DNA from: Paramecium tetraurelia
Lineage: Eukaryota
Assembly: GCA_000165425.1 (NCBI GenBank)
Contig: CT868059.1
Span: forward strand, 124,001-188,000
Length of the DNA: 64,000 nt
Reading direction: 5' to 3'
Position numbers and translations under genes: made by a program. The notes below the pieces were generated by a model, which worked only from the letters and a program-made list of their open reading frames with translations, did no database searches and was not told where the DNA came from. Positions 55,386 to 64,000 of this stretch are shown here, piece after piece; within the stretch, counting starts at the first letter, position 1, and each line of letters starts with the position of its first letter.

Positions 55386-56843
55386 ATGCAATAAAATTTA
55401 ATAAATTATAGGAAAAGAATAAATCAAATAGTTTCACCAGCTTTCTTTAAAGAACGAAAGGTTTCAGAAGTAGTGGAGTTATAACCTCTCATTCTTAATA
55501 ATCGCATAAAATCTCTACATCTACCTGAAGGTTAATAATTATTTTTGGATAATTCTATTGAATTAGATTTTAGTGGTTTTAAAACTGCCTAGATTAATCT
55601 TTCCCATAACATTACGGTTTTTTAAAGTCCTGGATAATTTGATGGTGGTTAAGCAATGAAGAGATCTATAATTTTATCAAGAAACTCTTCACCAAAAAAT
55701 AGGAAGTTATAAAGAAGAGGCACTCTTTTTCTAATAGATGAAAACGAATAAAAGAAATATGAATAATGGGTTAGTAGGTTAAGAAAAAGAACAACTGATT
55801 ATTTTATTAATATCATTTTGAATCACTATGTCGAACTATTTGCTTCGATGCAAATGAAACATTATAGCCATTTGGTTGATATTTATAACGATATAGGAGA
55901 ACAATTATTGTAAAGTCCAATTACTTTGATTCGATTTACTTTAGTTATTGGATCATACTTTTTAGAAATGAAAGATTTTAATAAAAGTAGTTTCTTATCT
56001 AAATAGTTGTTCATAATAAGCAAGATGTTGTCTCTATATAAAGAAAGAGCAAGGATAATGCTATTTATTTCTAAAATTTGTTAATAAGGATAACTATATG
56101 AATTATCCTTATAAATTTTAGAAGACGGATTAGTATACAGTTGGTTGAGTGATGGATAAGAAGAAGAGGCTTAGATCTATGAGTCAATGGGATTTTCCTT
56201 GTTTTATATGTAACAATAAAAGAAAGCTAGAGTATTTCATTTTAAATATGTGAACGGACATTTAGAACCTCATAATTCTTAATTAAGAATCTCCATCATA
56301 TAATAATTATAATTATCAGAAAGACTATTATAAGAGAAAGGAGAAAAATAAGAAACTATGAATGATGTTGTATTGAATAGATTACAATTTCCATTTTTGA
56401 AAAGAGAGAAAAATAAAATAATCAAAAAAATGGACATATCATAATTTGAGGAAAATGTTAAGTAAGTGATTAGTGAGTAGAGTTAAGTAATAAAATACGA
56501 AAGCATATTGTTAAGAGATAGTTAGATACAACAATCAAAGATGAAATTAAGGGATTTAGGAACAATAACTCATAAATATTTGGAAATGAAGAGGAAAAGT
56601 ATTAGATTATAATGGAAATAAAGGGAGAGAATTAACAACTTTACTTTGGATAAGAACCTAAATGAATATATTAAATAGAGAAATAAGTAAATCATAGATT
56701 GTTCAGTACTATTTTAAAGGATACATGACAATGTTGCACATAAAAAGGATAAAGAACTAGAACCAATTCTAATTAATTAGAGCCAAAAGAAACCATTGAT
56801 TTTGTATATAAGAAAAGTATTTGAATAATAATTATTTGATTGA
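55386..56843 (+). CDS. Hypothetical protein with TPR-like helices (485 aa)
   Basis: Intronless ORF MQQNLINY.. containing LEDGLVYSW...EAQIYESMGFSLFYM..KKARVFH. TGA at 56841-56843. Confidence 0.75.
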
Positions 56844-59800
56844 TGAATGTCTTAGAATAAGTCGAAGCCAATATCAAGACCTATTGTTATGCAATTATGA
56901 AGGAGACAATGTCTTAATTCATCTGTTCTGGACTAGTCTACAAATTATTTGTGTTTGTTGAAATGATGCAAAATGTATTTATTATTGACTCTAAGTAGAT
57001 CTATTTTGTAATGCACCCTATTTTATAGTTTGAACTTGACATTGTATTTGTTCAATATTTTAGATAAGTGATTCAATATTCTTAATTGACTTACATTTTA
57101 GATGCTATGGATTAAAATTAATCCATCATCTTACTTTACACAGCTTTTGGTTTATAAATCACCTTGCTTTTTTTAATAGGACTTAGTGTGAATTTTGTCA
57201 AACAGAAGGTATCTAACCAATTATAAAGTAGAAAAAAATAACAACAGTCACCTCTTATTCTTTCAAAGCAATTAGTTTTTATGCATTAATTCTAAATACA
57301 TTTTTGCATGTTTGCTTCATCAACATTTTCTTAGTGTTTCTGATTTGTTACCCAGATTCCCAATATAGTTTAGGTGTTGAATGCTATTCAGGGGTTTATA
57401 TACTTCACACAGTGATGGCTGCATTAGGATTATTTTTATACGTTGTGATTCAGTACTACTTTTCAACATTTTATATTGATTTGAAGTAATAAAAATAATT
57501 AACATCTAAGACCTTTTTCTGATGTACCATTTGCATAACCTTAGAGTAGATTTGATTATATAAAGCTCTTATTCAAATTTGCAATACTATTGTTTATCAC
57601 AATTGATTATAAGGCTGAAAATCCTTATACTTATATAATATTTGTCCTAATATTATATTTTGTATTACTTATGCTTAGAATTTATGAGCCTTAACATTTT
57701 CAACTTGATATTTATAACTTTTTGATTGCTTGTGACGTCATTCAATTTAGTCTGGCTTTTGCATACACACTTCACAAATTTTTAGATAATGGATCTTCTG
57801 ATACAGTGGGATTTTACTTTATCTTAGCAGCGATCCCTTTTGTGTATTACTGTGCTATTTAGATTGGTCATAAAAAGAATAATTACTTTTAAGTTAAAGG
57901 CATTAAAAAATTAAGTGATCCTAATTAACATGAATAATTGTATAATTAACTCATCTACATCATAGATAGAAGAGATAATCTCTAGAATTATTTATTATTA
58001 GAAGGAATTTTAGTACAGCACATGGAAACATGCCAAAATTAAAATTGTTAATGTTAATATTTAAGTGAATCTAAAACAAAAGACTAAGATGAATTAGTAT
58101 GGTACAAGTTTATTATTTAAATGATCGATCTATCAATTGCTAAATTCCCAAAAAGTTGTAAATTGCATCTGCTTCAATCATATATTTAGAATAGCAAACT
58201 AAACAACAAATTCAAAAGTTATTATTCTCTTTAACATATTAAATAATTAGAAACCTCTTTGAGGGAAGAATTTTAAGCATATAGAGATTTACATACACTT
58301 GAGGAGATGATGTAAGAAGAAGATTAGAAAGCTGAAATTATTATTGATGTTCTTCAAGTTGTTAAGTTTTAAAAATATTATGGATAATTCTAAAATCTCT
58401 TAGAAGAATCTGTTAAAAGACATTATGAATTTTGGTGTGAGTTATAAGAAAATAATCCAGACATTTAAAAGCTATTTAATTTAGGGGGTCAAATCACTTA
58501 ATCAGTTGAAGATGTAAAGGATCTATATGACAAATTGATGGAAATTAACCCTAATCATATTAATACTTTGAGAATCTTTGGTCAATTTTAAAATGAAGTA
58601 ATTAATGCAGATAGTTTGGGTATAAGAATCTTGGAAAAAGCAACTCAAATAGAAAATGCGTAATAAGCATATTCAAATGAAACATAAACCGAAAAATATG
58701 GTGAGAACAGTAATACTTGTATTATGACATGTTCAGCTGAGACTAAATCTTTGGGATTGATCCAGAGTTGTAACAAAGAAATTGAGAAGTTAGGATATCA
58801 CAAATATGAATTAATTAACTAATTCATTACTCGGGTGATGCCTAAATGTTATGCAGATAATCATGATAAATTTATGTCGAAGTATTTGGAAACAAATGAA
58901 AGTAAAATTGTTGGAAAGGAGAGAACAGTATATTGTCAACATAAAAACGGATCCATTATTCCATGTTTATTGATGTTCAAAATTCTACCATAATTGAAAA
59001 AAGGGTTAAGAATGGTGAGTTTCTTTAAGGTATTAGAGAACTTTGACTCAAATCATTATATCTTATTTAATCCAACAACTTTCTTGATTTATGGTTTGAG
59101 CCAGAATTGCTAAGATTCATTTGGCATACCAGTCAATTTCTCTTATGGCAATAATGCTCATTCCAATGATTTTACAATGGAAATCTTGATTCTTGATTTT
59201 AATCATTTGGTTGAGAAATTAAAGGTGTCACAAGATAACATTCAAACAGCATTTCCTCTGTAATTGGATACAACAAAATTATAAAAATAATTTTTTATGG
59301 AGGATTCAGTTGATAGATTATCTTTAATGGAAGAGGGGGAAATAAATAATAATAATAATTAATTGAATTAGAAAGGAACATCAGAATAGCTGAAATGCTT
59401 CAGTAAAAAAAGAATGCCTTATTGCAAAGCTGCTAGCAAAATTAGTTTGTAGCAGTTGAGCAAACAAGCAAATACACTGTAGCTTAGCAAGTAGGCTATT
59501 TTAACAGTTTACAGAAGCTACTGCATTTTAAGAAGCCTCAAAGAGTGGCAACTATTATTAGAGTGAAATCAAATTGAAATCAAAATAAACCAAGTATTCT
59601 GTCTTCTGCTACAAGAAAACGAAAGTTGATTAATAAGTCAATGATGATTATTTAAATGAGGACAGATCATCAGTTAATTCAGTTTCAATCTATGTTTGAA
59701 TGATGATATGCGAGTAGATTAAACATGCATTTTAAGTTGCTTTGATGAGTGAGAAGAAGGTGCCTAGAAAGTATATAGAACAATTTAAATTACTATGTTA

Positions 59801-61908
59801 TCTTTAACATTAATATTGAGTTAACAGTTTCAATTGTTGATTTAGCATTAAAGGGAATATAAAATAGTTCATTTAAATATGTCTATCCTATGATTTTGTC
59901 AGATGTTTACTGGAGAACTAATCAAATGTCCACTATTACTTTTCATTCTAGAATATTGGAAATGCTGGGGAAAGGGGAGTATAATAATAGGGACGGATTT
60001 ACAGCATCAACATTGAGAGAAGATGTAAGTGTAATAAATTAATAATTAGTTATTAAGCAGATTGAAAATTGTATAATAAATGCAGTTTGATACTCTGAAA
60101 GTAAAGAATGATTTAGAGAAATCTAATGTAGAAGTGCCAACTTAATACCATTACAATTTTACATCCCTTTTGATTGGTAATAAATATCAAGATATTGAAT
60201 TGACATTGATCGATTCAATAAGGGAGGTGCTTAGTCATGTTATAATTTTGATTGGAACAGACTTACAGAGTTTTAAGATAGATGATTACATAACTCCAGC
60301 TCAATAATCTTCCTTTTTCATTAATTACAATGGATTAAGAAATATAAGATTAGGATTACAAGAGAGAACAGATTAATTTTACAATTTTTTTTAAGATCTA
60401 ATTTCCAATAAATTTAGTACATTCTTAGCGTTGATGATTGTAAGTATCATAATTCTGATTATTACTCATGCTATCGTAATACCTATTTTATTAAAAGTGG
60501 ATAAAGCAAATAATAAGGTATTGAGTATGTTTGGATTAGTAATATATTTATTTATGCTATTAGATTCCGCCAATAGAGATCAAGGAGTTATCAGATAAAT
60601 GTGAAAAGTTCTTAAAGGACTACATCGAAGATTTCAATGAGAAAAAGGAACTTGAGAATAGAATTAATAATAAAAACCAGGATGAGAGCAAAAAGTAATA
60701 ACAATTACAAGATAAAAATTATATTGAAATGAACAATGAAGAACACATTGATGAAAAATAGAAAGAGCAAATTGAAAGGTAAAAGGAGTTATAGAGATTG
60801 GAAGATGAAGAGAAGGAAAGGTTGAGATTGGAAAAGTTAGAAGAAGAAAAAAGAAAGTAATAGGAAGAGGACAATAAATAAAAAAGGCATATGAGACACA
60901 AAAAGAAAAAGAAGCACAAATATAATATTTAAGAAATAGAATTGACCGAAGATGAAAGAACTCGTATAGAAAAACTAGAAAGATCTAATGAAAAGAATGA
61001 CTCTTCAGCTCTTATCAAATTCATGTTGTTCTTTATTTTATTTACTGGCTTCTTTGTAACTTAATTAGTACTTGAAGCGACCTATTTAAATAACGTTAAA
61101 TTTTTATTTGAACATCTTAAATTATCTCATTAAAGATATTACATTATGATGTACAGAGTAGTTTATGGAGTGGAGGATATAATCTAAGAGTAACCTATTA
61201 AAATTGACAATGTTTGGATGCAACAATTATATCATACTCTTATTTATGATGCAGAGAGAGAGGTGTTTGAATCTTATAAATCGGTAATAAATAATCATTG
61301 AAATTATTTAGTTTCCATTGACAGGCTTCGAAACATATAAATAATATTATGATTGGTTCAACTTTAATGATATGTGTTCTAATATTACATTAATGTCAAA
61401 TTTGGGTATTACTCTCACAGAAGAAGGTTGTCGCTAAGTTTAGAATGGTATATTAGAAAAAGGATTGAGAACATCAGTAATCAATCTTGCACCTATTCAA
61501 ATGATACTTTAAGGATATCTGGTAATAATACAAAATCTAGTATAACTNNNNNNNNNNNNNNNNNNNNNNNNNNNNNNNNNNNNNNNNNNNNNNNNNNNNN
61601 NNNNNNNNNNNNNNNNNNNNNNNNNNNNNNNNNNNNNNNNNNNNNNNNNNNNNNNNNNNNNNNNNNNNNNNNNNNNNNNNNNNNNNNNNNNNNNNNNNNN
61701 NNNNNNNNNNNNNNNNNNNNNNNNNNNNNNNNNNNNNNNNNNNNNNNNNNCTTGTTTTTATAATATGGATGCCTATTTGACTAAATTGAGTATTTAGATT
61801 TGGATGACTAAAGGAATGCTGAATATGATCCCTATGTCTATTATTTAAAAGAATGAAAAACTCAAATTCAGATTCTTATAAGATAATATTATGACTATGG
61901 TACAATGA
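56843..61908 (+). CDS. PAS-domain multi-TM protein (TmcB/TmcC-like); spans an N gap and a garbled segment
   Basis: N-terminal TM bundle, helical region (HYEFWCELQENNPDIQKL), PAS (GLIQSCNKEIEKLGYHKYELINQFITRVMPKCYADNHDKFMSKYLETNESKIVG), later TMs, and terminal IWMTKGMLNMIP..IMTMVQ-TGA. Confidence 0.8.
61548..61750. other. Assembly gap (N run)
   Basis: Run of n. Confidence 1.
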
Positions 61909-62399
61909 ATGTTAATATATTAAATACTCACTTTAGTTAATATAATAAAAATAAAAATGATATTATTAGTCATCTTTGCTTCGTGGCTTCTATTTTTCAT
62001 CTCTGTGCTCTTTATCGTTAACCATAGATATGGCAATCAATACAAATGCACATGAAACTGATAAAAAGAATGTAGCTCATCCATTAAACATTGAATATAC
62101 TTACATATTTTAAAATCTTATCTGTATTTTCTAAAATATATTTACTAAATAATTTCTATGTCTCTATTTTAGCAAATGCCAACTAAATCAAGATCTCTTA
62201 TAATATGATAATGTACTAACAAATTATATTTTATATACGCTTTAAGTTAGCGCACTTTTGTAGGGAGACTCAGATTTTATTTTAACTGGCCCCATTCATA
62301 TTCTAGAACATATTATTAATTTAGTTTATTGTTCAGTTTCTAGGATCACATATGTCAAATTTTAATTGATCTCCACAGCTAATATTTTGCCAACAAAAA

Positions 62400-63150
62400 C
62401 GCATAAATGTAATTTATTAGATAATTAATTGCTTAAAATTGGTCTAATTATATCTGCAAAGCAAGAGGAGGAAAGAAACAAATAGTCACCCAAAAGATTT
62501 CTAATCGGTAACAATCTGCTGAGAGCCAAAGAGTCGAAGGCTTATCAAGATAATTGAGAAAGTAGTAGAGGAGAAGATGTCAGATTAAGAATCACTAAAG
62601 TGGCAAATTCAATTTTGGAAAATATAATAGATCTATAAAATGATATAATTTTCAAAAAGGAAAAGTGATTTGGAAAGCGAACAGAGATAGATAGATCATA
62701 TTGAAACTTCCTCATACTTACTCAAATCTTAATTGAAGGAGAACATAAGTAAATCGACCTTGTATAAGACAATATTTACGAAATGGTTGAACAATTTGTG
62801 ACATGGTTATTTATAAGAACATCATACAATTAAAAAGAGCTAGATTATATGACTAAAGGATATCAATTCTCACTGATAAATTGAAGAATATTATCTAAGG
62901 ATGTAAGATTTAATGAATTAAACAATTATAGTTTAGAATACTGGAAGACAAAATAAAAGGACTCCTATATAAATTCTTGGATGTGTAGTTCCACTAAAAA
63001 AAAATAATAATATTTTTGACAATATAATCCTTAAAGAAGATTAAAGAGAATATGATGAATGAGTTTTAAAATAGTCTATATTCATAGTTGTTAAACTTAA
63101 GAAGATGATTCCCAATAAATGCATCTTTTGGGGTAGAAAGGTAATCAAAC
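62400..63150 (+). pseudogene. Coding-like but interrupted sequence (decayed gene or low-quality sequence)
   Basis: Purine-rich coding-like composition with long Q/K/E-rich stretches broken by several in-frame TGA codons. Confidence 0.35.
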
Positions 63151-63553
63151 AATATAATATCATTTATAATCATGAATATAGACTTTAAGATTTGTTTCCT
63201 TTTTTTTTGTAAAATAAAATACTAAAATTATAGTTTGTTAATGTATTACTTAAATTTAATATTTGGTAAAAAATTCCTAAAATTTTCTTATAAAAAAATT
63301 AAATTAATAAAAATTGTTTTTATATTTCTATTATAAAATACTCAAATTATGCTTTATTTTCAAATCTAAAAAACATTATTTATTAGAAAATCAAATTACT
63401 AAGTGTTTGTTAATAAATTCTATTTATATTTTTTTAAAATTTAATATTATGACTAATAAATTCATATATTTATTTAAGTTATCAAGTATTCTAATAAATA
63501 TTTAGTATTGAAATTATCAATAATAATTTGGGTTTTTAATAAATTCTATTTTC

Positions 63554-63703
63554 NNNNNNNNNNNNNNNNNNNNNNNNNNNNNNNNNNNNNNNNNNNNNNN
63601 NNNNNNNNNNNNNNNNNNNNNNNNNNNNNNNNNNNNNNNNNNNNNNNNNNNNNNNNNNNNNNNNNNNNNNNNNNNNNNNNNNNNNNNNNNNNNNNNNNNN
63701 NNN
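63554..63703. other. Assembly gap (N run)
   Basis: Run of n within extremely AT-rich sequence. Confidence 1.
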
Positions 63704-64000
63704 AAACCAAGCACTAATATAATATAAATATTTCTTATTTGTATCAATTCTTTAGCAAAAATAATTAATTTTCAATTTAATTAATTAATATTAAATTTTA
63801 TTATTCTAATTAGAGATTTTATGAGAAAACAGAAGATCAAGATAAATTATAGGTATATGATTTGTTTTAACTAAGTAATTTGTTTCTTTTTGATATTATT
63901 TGAGTTTTATTAAGGTTAAGAATGGATGTGAAAATTTGTCGTTATTAATGTGTATCTAAGGAAAGTGAAAATAGGGATATGGCATTTTTATTTTTAAAGG

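Overview
AT-rich, gene-dense eukaryotic DNA typical of a Paramecium macronuclear chromosome. It uses the ciliate nuclear code (TAA/TAG = Gln, TGA the only stop), has 20-30 nt GT..AG introns, and intergenic gaps are often under 50 nt. The supplied standard-code ORF track therefore shows only fragments. Retranslating by hand with table 6 and removing the tiny introns gives about 25 genes. These include an AGC kinase (partial), a ~2960 aa LamG/furin/beta-helix multi-TM protein, a CDPK, a tail-less kinesin with degenerate switch motifs, a ULK-like kinase, a stand-alone NPC1 N-terminal-domain protein, a CEP350/DUF4378-like protein, a TTLL6/13-type glutamylase, a giant TPR/IQ protein, COG4, a surface-antigen-like GPI protein, a DSP phosphatase, a VPS9 GEF, ZMYND12-like and TPR proteins, ECI2, a PIG-O/G-like enzyme and a PAS/TmcB-like membrane protein. 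There are two N gaps and some stretches that look like low-quality sequence. The most notable observations are the motor-only pseudo-kinesin, the free-standing NPC1 sterol-binding module, a TGATG stop/start overlap, and frameshifts in two kinase genes (one at an Euplotes-like AAA-TAA). No rRNA, tRNA, CRISPR, telomeric repeat or transposon was recognised. All family calls come from motif recognition, not database searches.
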